Notes: a model not told the origin generated them from the sequence alone. Counted from the first letter of the stretch, positions 1 to 23,224 are shown. The stretch is 64,000 bases of DNA from the human T2T-CHM13v2.0 reference genome, Homo sapiens (GCF_009914755.1 NC_060934.1); one strand, 5' to 3'. Numbers and translations: made by a program.

Positions 1-32
1 GATACAATGGTTAAAATTAGGATTGGCTGGCT

Positions 33-327
33 AGGCGTGGTGGCTCATGCCTGTAATCCCAGCACTTTGAGAGGCTAAGGTGGGCAGATGGCTTGAGCTC
101 AGGAGTTTGAGACCAGTCTGGGCAACATGGTGAAACTCATCTCTACTGAAAATACAAAAATTAGCTGGGCATGGTGGCGTGCAACCATAGTCCCAGCTAC
201 TCGGGAGGCTGAGGTGGGAGGATGGCTTCCACCCAGGAGGCAGAGGTTGCAGTGAGCTGAGATACACCACTGCACTCCAGCCTGGGTGACAAAGCCAGAT
301 CCTGTCTCAAAAAAAAAAATAAAAAAT
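33..327 (+). mobile_element. Alu (J-like)
   Basis: Two arms, middle A-rich linker, poly(A) tail. Confidence 0.9.
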
Positions 328-395
328 AGGATTGGTTGCAAATGACTAAACACCCCAAATTAATGAATAAAAAAAAAAAAAGGACAAGAAAGACA

Positions 396-581
396 GTGTG
401 TGTATAAGTGTATATATATACACACATATACATATATACACACATATATATACACACACATATATACACACATATACACACAAATATACATATATATGCA
501 CATGTATATACACATATATACACATATATACACATATATATACACACATATATACACATATATATATACACATATACATAT

Positions 582-614
<33 letters not shown>
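396..614. repeat. Compound (TG)/(TA)/(CA) microsatellite
   Basis: About 220 bp of near-continuous alternating purine-pyrimidine; source of the YI/HT/CV low-complexity ORFs. Confidence 0.97.
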
Positions 615-689
615 GCTTTTTCCAGGTGAAGGCAAAGATATTCTAAGCAACATCATTATTCTGGTTGTTTCTCTTCATCTCATTTTTTA

Positions 690-1315
<626 letters not shown>

Positions 1316-1402
1316 ATCATTTTAAAATAGAAATATGATCAGCTTCATCATGAAGACCTTGAAAACATTGTGCTAAGAAGCCAATCACAAAAGACCCCAT
1401 AT

Positions 1403-1678
<276 letters not shown>

Positions 1679-1738
1679 TTAGAGCGTATGTAAGTTAAGC
1701 TGGGAGCAGTAGCACATGCCTGTAATCTCACCACTTTA

Positions 1739-2826
<1,088 letters not shown>

Positions 2827-3029
2827 CCTGCTCATAGGGTTGTAATGAAATTAATATATGTAAAGCACTGAAAATAGTACCTCACAAATAGTAAGCATTA
2901 CACCAGTGTCAGCTATTATCATTATCTGCATTAAAGAGAGAGGAATTGTAGATAGACACTCCCAAAACCTTTTTCATAGCATTGGGATGTATTCTGGTAT
3001 TTAATATGTTTGAAAATGAATGTCTCAGG

Positions 3030-3202
3030 AATGGAAAATGAGCACTGACTGCTACTGGGTATGAAGTTTCTTTTGGGGGTAATGAAAATGCTCTGGAATT
3101 AGTGGTGAATGGGTGTACAACTTTGTGGATATACTAAAAACCACTGAATTATATACTTTTAAAAGGTGAATTTTATGGTATGTGAATTGTATCTCGATTT
3201 TT
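3030..3202 (+). mobile_element. L1MB-type 3' end
   Basis: GGGTATGAAGTTTCTTTTGGGGG...GTGAATTTTATGGTATGTGAATTGTATCTC. Confidence 0.75.
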
Positions 3203-3237
3203 AAAAGTAAGTGTCTCTCCTCTTTCCGAAATCTCTA

Positions 3238-3375
<138 letters not shown>

Positions 3376-3869
3376 CTACAAAAATTTATTAAAAATTAGC
3401 TGGGCATGCTGGTGTGCACCTGTAGTCCTAGCTACTTGGGAGGCTGAGGTGGAAGGATCGCTTAAGCCTGGGAGATTTGAGGCTGCAGTGAGCTGTGATC
3501 ATGCCACTGCATTCCAGCCTGGGCAACAAAGCAAGACCCTGTCTTTAAAAAAACTGTGAAGGTAGAAAAAAAATAGAGAAGGCATACATGAATACTCTGC
3601 CTTGAAAAAAGCTAGAAATTTAAATAGCTTCCCTATTCTGCCACCCACATCCACCTCCCCTCCCCTACAAAGTTTTTCCTACACTTAATGTTTTAATAGA
3701 TACTTTAAACTTGTGTTTTATGCCTGTTATAGGATGGGCATGGAGGGTAGGTAACAAACACAGTGTTTGATTAAGTGAACTTTCACTGGGTGGATGATGC
3801 TACATAAAAGAGCAAATTTAAAGAGAAGTCATATTTGCTACTGAATTGTATTAAGTAATAACTACATAA

Positions 3870-4115
3870 CAGTTAGGAGCCCAGACTCCAGTCAGACAGA
3901 ATTTAGTTTCAATTTCTGGTTCTGCCATTTATCAAGCTATGTGACCTTGGGCAAGTTACTTAAACCCCTCTGAACTTTAGTTTCCTCATCTGTAATGGAA
4001 GATAATAACAGTAATTTATTTCATAGGGCGTATAAGGATTAAATTTGATAATGTAGGTAAAACATTTAATACATTTCCTGGCAAATGGTACATACAGTAC
4101 TCAGTAAATGTCAGC
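3870..4115 (+). mobile_element. MIR
   Basis: GCTATGTGACCTTGGGCAAGTTACTTAAACCCCTCTGAAC...AGTTTCCTCATCTGTAA core. Confidence 0.85.
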
Positions 4116-4683
4116 AATGAGAACAGTGATGACAATGGCGGGTGATGACGATTATGACCATCATCACCCAGGCGGAGGGGAACATAAATAATAGGGATGA
4201 GACAGCAGGCTCTAGGCGGGGCCAACTTCTCAAAACTGCTGCTGTCTTCTTGAGAGGAAGGGGGAGTCATGTGACTCTGTGGTTACTGGTCACCAGGACA
4301 ACGCAATTGACGTGCCCCTCTACTCTAAGCTCTAAAATGAGCTGTGTCTTCACAGCAGACCCACAAGGATTTGGCAGAAGTTTATAAATGAGATCCCTGC
4401 ATATGGGTCCAGGAAAGCCTTTGCCAAATGCCTTCCAGGAATAGAAGAGGGATATGAAATCAATTTACTGACTGTTCTAAAACATATCCTGTACTTCTAG
4501 GAAAAACATTGGCATTACTGTTAAATCCTTTAAACACATCAAACTATGATTCTCATCATCTTTTCTTTGGGGCTCCTGCAATAGCTTCCTAAATGGCTAC
4601 CTACCAATCTTATCTGCCTTTGTCCTATTTTCCACACCCAACTAGGATTATCTTCTTAAAAATGGTTTTGTTTGTTTGTTTAA

Positions 4684-5043
<360 letters not shown>

Positions 5044-7284
5044 TAGCCTCCTGAACTGCTGGGATTACAGGCATGATCACGGCACCTGGCAAAAACAGAA
5101 ATCTTATACATCTTTACCGCCTGAAGTTCCTCTAAGGCTTCCCCATCCATCACTTGCAGGAAGTGTCTAAAACTTGTTTGCAGATCATACAAAGCTTGTC
5201 ATGAGCTAGTCCCGGCATACAAGTTTGACCTCATTTCTTGACACCCTTCTACCTACCATATACACTAAGCTCTAGCCTCACCAAAATACTGGCAGGGGAA
5301 TCTAGGAAAAAGACATCCAATTTTGTTTAAGTCATGACCAAACAGGCTTGTTGGGGGCATTTCATGGGGTGAGCTTTGAAGTGCTGGTGGGCCAGAGTGG
5401 TTGCAGATATGTGACTTGGAGCACCTGTGTCTTATGATGGACAGAAATAAAAGTGAACACACAGAGAGACAGGCTATTCTATAAGAATGTGACAAACTTA
5501 ATCTGGAAGAGCAACTATATAAACACTGTCTGATTATCTTTGCCTTTTGGGGCCAGTGGCTGTTGCCAAAATAATAAACACGTCTGTCTTCAAGAAGGGA
5601 CAGTGGAGTCACCCAGGTGCTGCCACGTCAGGCACAGTAGGCATTGATCTACAATGGGCAGTTCTCTGCAAGGCCACGTGGACACATTATTACAGTACAA
5701 TTACATTTACAGACTGCTTTTCAAATACATTATCTCCTGTATGTATTATTGCTACCTGTGAACAGTTGTGAACATGAAGTGCTATTTTTATTGTTAGCTG
5801 ATCACTGCAGGGAAAACAATCAGTAAACTAGCAAATCACCTCTCATCAACACTTACTGTGAATAATAATTATATTTTAATTTTTAAACATTTGGAATCAC
5901 AAGAAGAGAATATTCACCAAGCCTGAATCCCACCTATGGGATACAAGAATAAGGTTTGAACATGTTGGTAAAATTCAACCCAAAGGCTGGGGGCGGTGGT
6001 TCACACCTGTAATCTCAGAACTTTGGGAGGCCAAGGCAGGTGGATCACCTGAGGTCAGAAGTTTGAGACCAGCCTGGCCAAAATGGCGAAACCCCGTCTC
6101 TACTAAAAATAAAAAATTGGCCAGGCATGGTGGCACCCGCCTGTAATCCCAGCTACTCAGGAGGCTGAGACACGAGGATCACTTGAAACCAGGAGGCAGC
6201 GGTTGCAGTGAGCCGAAATCGCACCACTGCAATCCAGCCTGAGTGACAAAGCGAGACTCCAACTAAATTAAAAAAATAAAATTCAACCCAAAAGATTTTC
6301 ATAACTGTTTTCAACATCTTTAATCAAAGCAAAATCCTTACTTAAAATAACCAGCTAGTAAAATAATAATAAAAGTATTAAGTAGGGTTATAATAAATTT
6401 ATTGAATGTCTTTCTTTTTCTAGTTTAGATTTTTAGTCTTGACTTATTAACCATTTGACTTTAAATGAAAATATTGACATTGAGATACTTTCTTCTTACA
6501 CCCTTCAAATCACTAAATAAATCCAAACACAGCTGCATACTTCAACAATTTTCATTCTTTTCACTTTAATACTGGCTCACTATCCCACAGAACTATCACA
6601 GCTGACTAGAAGGTCAAGGCAGCAAAACTAAAAGAAAAATACAAGAAAACGGATTTCTTTGTGTCTACAGCAGTCCAGATGTTATAATTATTGAACAACA
6701 TCTAGACACTGGTAGCAAAAAGAACAAGTAATTAAAACTATGGGTTTGAAAAACATGGATGAGTGTTATGTTCCACAGCCCATATAGCTGCTCAAAAATA
6801 CGGGACTCTAACAGGCACTAACAAAGTCTGGTTTTAATGTAAACTCATCCTCCTCTTCCCTGACCCTCTAGGGATTCTCAGATGTTTCCTGATAAGCAGA
6901 TCTAAACTGTAAGACAATAATATCCCAAGGAGTTTCTGGCACTCAGCCTCAGAAATCCTTAAAGCTACAAGCACTGTCTAAAAGAAGAAAACCAGGGTAC
7001 TTATTCTCTTAACGATTTTCTCCCCTAACTCTAGGGAACACGAAAATGCCCTTCCACATAGCAGTTGTAAAATTCCTTCTGAGGCAGAATGTTTTCAACT
7101 AGAGATGGCCTGCTGTTGATAATGTCATTCCCTGACACCTGGAACATTTTGAAAGACTCCTCAGAAATGACCTTGGGGCCAGACCAAACTACAAGGGCCA
7201 GTGAATCCCTTCTATTTATGGAGGCCTGAATAACTTGGAACCTCCTGCAGTGACCAACAGATTAAAGGGTAAGTTAACTCACTA

Positions 7285-8350
<1,066 letters not shown>

Positions 8351-8984
8351 AAACACATTAACTAAATACAATACATGTACTTTTCTTGAACGCTGATTCA
8401 AACAAATCAATTGTTTAAGGAAAAATGAGGTAAGTGGGAAATTGTGAACATTGACTAGACTGTTGATTATATTAAGGAATTACTGCTGTTTTGGGGGGTG
8501 ATAATAATGGTATTGTTGTCATACATAAATAAAAGGGAATCCTATTTTTTTTAAGTCATTAGAACCAAAAGGTCTATAAAACGGCAAAGGGAGGTGAAAT
8601 ACAGAAACCAAGTTAGCTTTTTAGATTTTAAATTGAGTGTTGGATACATGGACGTCAGATGTATTATTCTTTATTCATTTTTGTACATTTTAAATACTTT
8701 ATTATGAAAAGGATTGAAAAGTCAAAGAATGCTACCTGGATGATTTCAGAGCTTTCTCCTTTCGGAGGTGCCACGTGGTTTCTGTCTGCAGCTGTCAGTG
8801 CAGAATCCAGAGAGGGGCTCCCTGAGCAGTTCCAGCTCCAGACAGAATCCTCCCTTCCCTCCACAGCTAACAGAGTGCTGGTGAGTTAGTCTCGCATACC
8901 CTGAAAAAGGACAACCTCAGTAACTGCTGGACTGTACAAGTCACTCACTGTCTTCAGGCACTCATTTACCTGGGGCCCACTATG

Positions 8985-9180
8985 GCAAGACGGTTGAGAG
9001 CACGGGCTTTGGAGGTAAACAGACATGAGTTTGAATTTAATTCTATTCACTTAACAGTGGTACAACTTTAGGGCAAGTTTCTTACGATCTGTACCTCAGT
9101 TTCTCCATCTATAAAATGAAGATTCTAACAGCACCTTCCTCGTAAAATCATTTTACAATTAAATGACAATGCATGTAGTA
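8985..9180 (+). mobile_element. MIR
   Basis: GGGCAAGTTTCTTAC...CCTCAGTTTCTCCATCTATAAAATG. Confidence 0.8.
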
Positions 9181-9231
9181 TGGTAGCTAAAATATGAGCT
9201 GCTGTTTTTACATTATTGTTGTTGTTACACA

Positions 9232-9566
9232 CAGTAGTCCCCACCTTATCCGCGGTTTCACTTTCCACAGTTTCAGTTACCTATGGTCAACTGCAGTCTA
9301 AAAATAGGTGAGTACACTACTAAGACATTTTGATAGCAAGAGAGCCCACATTCACATAGCTTTTATTACAATATAGTGTTATAAGTATTCTATTTTGTTA
9401 TTATTGTTGTTAATCTCTTACTGCACCTAATTTATAAATTAAACTGGATCGCAGGTAGGTACGTATAGGAAAATGCAGAGTATATGTAGGGTTGGTGCTA
9501 TCCACAGTTTCACGTATTTACTGGAGGTCTTGGAATGTATACCCTGTGGAAAAGCAGGGACTACTT
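9232..9566 (+). mobile_element. MER44A-type (Tigger) DNA transposon MITE
   Basis: Terminal inverted repeats CAGTAGTCCC.CCTTATCC / GGAAAAGCAGGGACTACT; internal sequence fits the MER44A consensus. Confidence 0.85.
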
Positions 9567-10699
9567 TATATAAGTGGATTTGGGCCAGACTTGAGGGCCA
9601 GGCAGGCAGCAGAGTTTAAAATTTACTGGGAGAGGTGGTAGGCACTGGTAAGTGTCAGGCAGTAGAATAATAAACAAAAGCGGTATTTCAGGAATATGAG
9701 CCAAGCAATGGCCTCTACAGGATAGACTGGGTGTGTGACACTGGCCTCAAGAACACCATTATGGTGTATTTGTGGCAGCTTTTTAATTTTTTAGCATTTT
9801 ATATAGTGCTATTAATATAATTTGAAGACTTGCTTTAGAAAACAGTGACCAGGTATGCAAGGCATAACTGTTCATCGTAACAATTCTGAACCAGATTAGA
9901 ATACTTACCGTTCAGAATACTTATTGTTCGGAAATGACAGAAAAGCTAAAAAGTTTCCACATTGCAGGGGAGGGGAGGAAAGAACCAACTAGAAAGCAGG
10001 AGGACCTGGGGTGTGAGGCTGGGGAGGTAAGCATAACTCGGCACATCCATTGCAACATTTTCTGCTGATGGGGCAGGCTCATTTATCCTAAGAGAATCAC
10101 CTCATGAAAACAATGCAGAATGCACTCTGGGCCCAGACCCACAGCTAGAATGTCAGTGCTGATTATTCTCTCCCAGTCCATGTGTTTGTCAGCAACACAA
10201 ACATTCACATGCTACTTTCGGGAAAATGCAGCCTCCGCAGGAGGGGCTAGAACAGATGCAGAGAGCTAATTTCTCTGTGTCTGGGTGGATGGTTTCATTT
10301 GCAATGTCAAAGACAAAAATGGGGATTCTACTAGCCTGCTGAACCTATGCATTGAAAGGAAGCTAAGAGAGCTTTCTTCTCTCACCCCTCCCTTAGATGA
10401 CCCTTCTCTGGATCACAGTGTGGCTTCTTTACAGGTTGATTCATCTTATAGATTCATCTGTTGAGGGCACATCAGGTACCAGGCACTGTTCGAGGTGGGC
10501 TTGGGTTATGAACAGGGAACAAAACAAAGATTCCTGCCCTTGAAGAATTTTCTCCTTGAGGAATTGGGAAGGCAGACCATTGTGTTTTAGAAAGTGACAC
10601 CTGTTATGGCAAAAACAAAAACAAAAAAAAAAAAACCCAGCAGGGTACAGGAATGGGGAATTTCAGTTTCAACACCAAAGGACACTGGGGAAAAAAAGA

Positions 10700-11522
<823 letters not shown>

Positions 11523-12539
11523 TAAAGCAAGTGTGGTCTAGATAAGGAAGGTGACAACCTGGGAGGACTGAACTGAAGCAAAGAGACCTCAAAAGTACTT
11601 CTCCCCTCCACACCCTTAAGCTAGTTTTTGGTCTGTTGGGCTTAGGGCTAGGATTGCTCCAAGTTCTGACAATGACTCTGGGCTGTTTGTGCACGGAGGC
11701 TCCCTCAGGCATAAACTGTTCCAAGAGAGGAGCAAGCTATCACCCCACTGCTACAAGTTAATTGTAAGTTTTCTATCGATTTTTCCCCAGAGAGCCAATC
11801 AAAGCAAAATGAACATGAGTTAATGATCTAGCCCTGAAAAAGGAGGGGTGATAGAAAATGATATAGTGCAATGTTAAGTGCCCTCTCCTCCTCAACATGC
11901 TCCCCCACCCCAATAAAAAACAGAGACAGAGAAATAACCAACGTTTTAGCAGGGGTTGGTGCTAAAAGGCAGGATTATAGATTCGCTTTTCTATATTTTA
12001 CAGATGCTCTGTAATAAAGAGGTATAATTTCACAATTAGGAAAAAAAATGGCTAGTCTAAAAAGAAAGAAAAAGAGAGAGAAGAGCTGGCCATGAGAATT
12101 CACTGCCCAACACCCTAGCAGTTAGTGCTGCTAAACAGCTATCTATGGCTCTACTGACGAGCCACCTCAATATTTCTTGAGATATAATTTAGTAAGATTT
12201 ATGCCTGAAGTAAAGACCGATCCACAGAGTAAGGAAACTATAATTTTACATATCTTATATTTACAATCATGCTGACAACAAAACTTATCATCCTGAGTAT
12301 GGCTCTTTCTCTCATTTTTCACATCAGCTATTTAAATTCTGACTCGTAATGCCAGGAGGAAAACGCTGACCTAATGGTGAAATAAACTTGTATTGGAATC
12401 TTGAGATGCTTTCCACAAATTATATATGTAGGGTTAATAAATATCTTCTGCTTGAAACAAAGTCAGCATAGGGTTAGGATTTTGGTATACAGCCTTCCTG
12501 ATGCCATCTTATTTCCTCAAGGACAGATCCTGAAAAAGT

Positions 12540-15700
<3,161 letters not shown>

Positions 15701-16239
15701 ACAAAACCAATCTTTTAGATTCCTTGCGTGTTATAAAAGAAAAACTCTTATGACCTACGATAAACACAGAATTGTTTCCTTCCCCAAAGTTCCCAATTTT
15801 CCAAACAACAAAAGCTACTCTGGTTGCCAGTTCTGTTGATGAGTAACAGCTTTTCATCCTTTTTCAATCAGGAAGGGAAAATTCAGGGATCAGCAAAGTA
15901 CAAAAGGGATGAGCAGAGAATATTTACGAAACAGTGTTTTTGTTCTCATGACCTGACAATCTGACTGAAAAAGACCTGATTACCTCTTGATTTGGGATGA
16001 TTCAGCTACAGGCAGGTTGGTGTCAAGTTTTCAGGTCATCTGAAGCGATTTACTTTCAGAACCTCTTCCCACGCAATCCTCTTGCCTCCCTGTAGAAATA
16101 ATACCCTGCACTACTTGAAAACTTAAAATTCTTGAGCTAGAGAGGGCCCAGTTATTTTACAGATGAGGAAACGAAGACTCAGGGAAGAATTATGGTGTGA
16201 GTCACACAGCTCTAGCTTGAAAAGGTCTCCCTGACTCAG

Positions 16240-17252
<1,013 letters not shown>

Positions 17253-19584
17253 CAAGTAAGGACCAAAAGCCATGCCTTCAGACTCCTCACACAATGCCCT
17301 ATGTGCCTGCCCTCAAGTGCTGGTTCAATTCTTGGTGGTCACGTCCTTCAGTCAGAAGAAAAGATCTAGAAATCTAAAAATGAAATAATACATTTTAGCT
17401 ACTCTATTTCACCTCCCACGGCTGCCTTTCATAGCAGGGAGAATAAAGAACACAACTAAAAGTTAACATCTTGGTTTAACGGCTCTTTCATTAAAGAGCT
17501 CATTTTACTGCTGCTACTTAAGAACTTTCTGCCTTTCCAGGCAAGAAACTAATAACTCATAATTAACTCCTGACCAACAAGACTAAGTTAACCAATCTTG
17601 AAAATTAGCTTATTCAGATGTTTTCCAGAGTGTGTATAATAAGAAACTATTTCATATTAATTGAATTGGTGTTGCAAAACTTTCCAGAAGTATTCTGAAT
17701 GAATTCTAAGGATGCTTTGGCAGATGATCAAGCACATTAGAGAATTTCACAGGAGATAATCTCGTAATAATACCATGTTGTAGGTAATCCATTAGCTGAC
17801 TCTAGAAACAACAGAATACTAAACCTAGAAAATAAGCCAAAAGCCAGGCTCGGTGGCTCACGCCTGTAATCCCAGCATTTTGGGAGGCTGAGGCAGGCGG
17901 ATCACCTGAAGTCAGGAGCCAGAAAAGAGGAAGAGATTGATGGAACGTTGAGGGAAATGCCCTGCCTTGGGGCTGCAAGACAAATAAATAACTGGTGCAT
18001 ATTTAAACAGATCGTTTATGAAGATTATTATTATCTCAGCCAAAAAATACACAATATGAACACTGTATAAAAGTCAATTTATCACATTCTCTGAGTCAGA
18101 CTGTTCTTGGCTTATTGCAAAAGTTATCAGTGCACTGCACGAACCCCGTTCCCAAGCCAGACTTGAGCTACTCTCCACCCTCCAGAAATCACTCCATTGC
18201 AGCCTCTGAATTTAAGTGAATTTAACACGTAAGTATCTGCAATTTGAAAAGTCACTTTTCACTTATTTTAGCCCAACCCTGATAAAGTGACTGAGAGAGC
18301 TGAGAATAATGAATTTCAAGATTCGCTATGCCCCATTATGCAGAATTCTAAAAATCTTTTCTTCTTAAAACATTTTTATTATCACAATGAGTGACGTGCT
18401 TCAAGTTAACATGTAAAATCGGAGAACTCGAGACAGAAGAGGACCTTAGAGATCCTTTAATTCAATATTTTAGAGAAAAATGGGTAGAGGATAAACTAAC
18501 TTGCTGATCACCGTGTCGGTATTCATGCTGTGAAAGTAATAAACGGAACACCAACTGAGAAATGATCCCCGAATGCTGTCAGGTACTTCAGTCTTGCAAA
18601 AACTACTACAGATTAATCAGTCCTGCTCATCCGTTTAACTCAGCTATGTAAACAAGCAGAGCTAGACTATGCTCAAACCCTAAATATTAGCGTTACCACT
18701 CGCCTGCCACATACTACAGCATCATTAGTTATGAAAGTGTTTTAATACAAGATCTTCATATTTGTGTAAAAGAATTACTATAAAACAGACCTAAAGGCAA
18801 GTTACCCATATTCCAGAATAAGTGAGTGCCAAAAATATTCACCCTTCATTACAGTACAAATGAGACAGGCAGTAATAATGAGACTGCATTTAAAGTTGTT
18901 TTTGCACTTAAAATTTAAGTCTATACTCCTCATCTGCATCAGGCCCCGGCCTGTTTGGTAACCTCAATATTCCTTTACTAAAGTGACAGCATCACCACCC
19001 TTTGAGACACAGATGCCCGGTGGACATCTGTGCCTGCAGCAGGAACGCGGGTGTCCGCGGGTTTCTGCAAAACTCCACCATGACCAAAGCTGCATCTCCA
19101 GCTGAACAGGTCTAACCCTTGCTTCGGAAGCCATCTGTCCCTGTCTCCCTGACACAGAATCACGGCCTCCTATGCCGTAAGGCTCCGAACATCTGTAAAA
19201 TCAGCGGGGTGGACTAACGCAGAATTCTTTTTCCAGCTCTCAAAATTCCGCCTCATTGCCGGAGTGGCAGGGCGGTGCAGAGAAAGAGCCCTGGGCTTGA
19301 CACCGCTTGAAAAGCCCACGTTCGCATTGCTCTGACCACCCCTCCAACTCCCGGGGACTACAGGAGTGCGAGGGGGCCCGCGGCGCCCCACTGTCCCTCG
19401 CGGGCTCCTGGCCCACAGAGCGCAGCACAGCGCCGCCGCTGGGAAAGGGCCGATACAGGCCTAGCCGCGCGGCGCGGCGCGGCGCGTCTCTCGGGGTGCG
19501 GGTCCCCTCCGCCCGCGGCCCCGGACCGCGACCCCCGCTCCCCGCCCGGCCCCCGCCCGGCTCCGGCCTGGCCCGGCCTCTGAC

Positions 19585-19695
19585 CTGCTTTCCGCCGCCC
19601 GGCGGTCCCTCGGCGCGGCAGGCAGTTGCAGCCGCCAGTCCCCAGCCCGCTGTCACCTCCGCCCCTGGAAGCGGCGGGCGGGTCGATCCCGTGTG
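19585..19695 (-). other. DNMBP: DNMBP non-coding exon 1 (5' UTR; 5' end approximate)
   Basis: Minus-strand donor GGAAAGCAG|GTCAGA at 19585/19584 inside the island; no ATG in the exon. Gene name comes from synteny with CPN1, not from coding sequence. Confidence 0.75.
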
Positions 19696-19817
19696 AGTCA
19701 GCGCGCCGCCCCGCCTCCCGCTCAGGCTTCCGCCTCTGCCGGCGCGGTCCGCGCGGCCCCGGGGGCGCCAAGCTCCGCTGCCCGCGCGCCCACCTCTCCG
19801 GCGCCCGCCCCGCGCTC

Positions 19818-19833
19818 GCGCCCCCTGGCGGCC
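19818..19833 (-). promoter_or_regulatory. CTCF motif
   Basis: Minus strand GGCCGCCAGGGGGCGC matches the CTCF core consensus. Confidence 0.7.
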
Positions 19834-20504
19834 GGCCCGGCCCTGCTCGCCTCGCGACGTCAGAGGGGCGTCGCTCCCAGAACGGCCACCGGGGAAACTG
19901 AGGCACGGGGGCCCGCCCCCGCCGCAGCGCGCCGACACGGCTCGTCGGGCCTCGGCCTCACGCAGTCCTACGTGCAGCCCCGGCTGCGGACAAGTTCCTC
20001 CACTCTTGCTGTTCCCCCACTCCCGACACCACCCTCCAACCTAGAAAAAAGTCAAAATTCCATTCAGAGAAGTCCAAGTCGATTCCTGTCTGCGTGTGAT
20101 GCTGTCCTCTTTGCTACCCCGAGGCAGTTTCCCTTATTATGCCACACAATACTCGCTGGGGTTCGCCTCTATCTGTCCCATTTTTTTCTGAGGAAAGTCT
20201 CTCAGGACATCTTTGAGAATTTGAGAGCAAGAAATGACAGAAGCAAGAACTGGACAGGGCTGTCAGAACTCCTCCTCCGACTCAGTTTCTGAATCCCCGC
20301 AGTATTCCCGTTGTTTGTTTAAAGACCACGAAGTTACACAGCTTGGCTATGTTGCTGGAATTGCTGGGCCTCACGTTTCTGGAATCTACCTAGAGGATTC
20401 TGAAGAAGGCGGCGAGTCTATGACTGTGCATGCACAACAAAAATAAATATTTCACAAATCTCATCCCATGCTGTATATGTTTCTCCTTCCCTTTGCTTTT
20501 TAAA

Positions 20505-21082
20505 AACTTGTGGTTAAATATATATCACATGAAATTTACCATTTTAATCCTTTTTAAGTGTACAGTTCAGTGGCATTAAGTACATTGACATTGTTCTGCA
20601 ACCATCACCACCATCCAGCTCCAGAACTTTTTCATCTTCCCAAACTGAAACTGTACCCATTAAACACTAACTCCTCATTCTCCAGCCCCTGGTAACCATC
20701 ATTCTACTTTCTGTCTCTATGATTACTCTGGATACCTCATATAAGTGGGATCATACAATATTGTCCTTTTGTGAGTGGCTTCTTTCACCTAGCATAATGT
20801 CTTCAAGGCTCACCCATGTTGTAGCATGCGTTAGAATATCCTTCCTTTTGAAGGCTGAATAATACTCAATTGTACGTATATAACATCTTTGGTTTATCCC
20901 ATCTTTCTGTGGACATTTGGGTTGTTTGTACCTTTAGGCTATGGTGAATAATGCTGCAATGAACATGGGTGTACAAATATCTGAGTCCCTACTTTCAATT
21001 CTTTTGGGTATATATCCAGAAGAATTGCTGGATCATGTGGTAATTCTGTGTTTAATTTTTTGAGAAGCCACCATACTGTTTT
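20505..21082 (-). mobile_element. L1MB-type 3' region
   Basis: CCCCTGGTAACCATCATTCTACTTTCTGTCTCTATG...GGCTATGGTGAATAATGCTGCAATGAACATGGG. Confidence 0.85.
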
Positions 21083-21273
21083 TCTTTCCTTTGCTTTTTG
21101 AAGCATGTTAACACTGTAAAGAGAACATTTTGTAGTAAAATATCAACGTTCGGAGAGTCTTTAAAATTCTTAGCAATGCTTCATTTGCCTGTAAAACTGT
21201 GACTTTTCGGCGGATCACGAGGTCAAGAGAACGAGACCATCCTGGTCAACATGGTGAAACCCTGTCTCTACTA

Positions 21274-21513
<240 letters not shown>

Positions 21514-21771
21514 CTATTGTCTTTATTTTTGGATAATGTTATTAGCCAAAATAATAATAACTTGTTATTCAGTTTCCTACAATTTTGTTTTCTGTGGATG
21601 TAGCTTTCTAAAGTTGTTTGGAGTCAAGTATGCCATATGAAATTCAGATGAAAAATCAAGCATTTCGTTTTATTTATTTTTTTCGCCACGTTGGTCAGGC
21701 TGGGCTTGAACTCCTGACCTCAGGTGATCCACCCTCCTCGGCCTCCCAAAGTACTGGGATTACAGGCATGA

Positions 21772-22923
<1,152 letters not shown>

Positions 22924-23224
22924 TACTTTTCATTTATCAATGAATTCTTACTGTACATTTGTGATGTAACAGGCATTGTGCTAGGTGTTTGGCATTCAGG
23001 CTGACCAACACAGACAAGTTCCTTGCCTTCATGGAGCTCACATTCTAGAGTAGGGTAACAGACAATAAAGAAATAAACAAATGATAATCCAGACAATCAT
23101 GGGGTGTAGTTGAGTGTTATGAAGGAAACAAACCAACTGATGCGATAGATTAGATCACAGAGAATTAAAGCCTAGTGCCCTAGGCATTTGTTGTATGTAA
23201 TGAGTTAACTTCTCTCCTATGCAA

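Larger units (their letters stand above)
19240..19990. promoter_or_regulatory. DNMBP: CpG-island promoter (DNMBP by synteny)
   Basis: Very high GC and CpG density, several GC boxes (CCCCGCCC), AP-1/ARE-like TGAGTCAGC at 19694, CTCF motif at 19818, half-CRE CGACGTCA at 19855. Identity rests on the known order CPN1 -> DNMBP, both on the minus strand. Confidence 0.88.

Noticed and set aside
197-656. YI/HT/CV-rich ORFs
   Set aside because: Microsatellite translation.
9898-9945. Strong minus-strand donor ACG|GTAAGT at 9903-9908 within a 16-bp tandem duplication
   Set aside because: No convincing partner acceptor or reading frame; isolated donors are common in long introns.
19008-19032. Short inverted repeat CACAGATG...CATCTGTG
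   Set aside because: An 8-bp stem is expected by chance in 64 kb.
19240-20292. Long Arg/Gly/Pro/Ala-rich ORFs (up to 232 aa) on both strands
   Set aside because: Stop-codon scarcity in a CpG island, mostly non-ATG starts, no recognisable domain.
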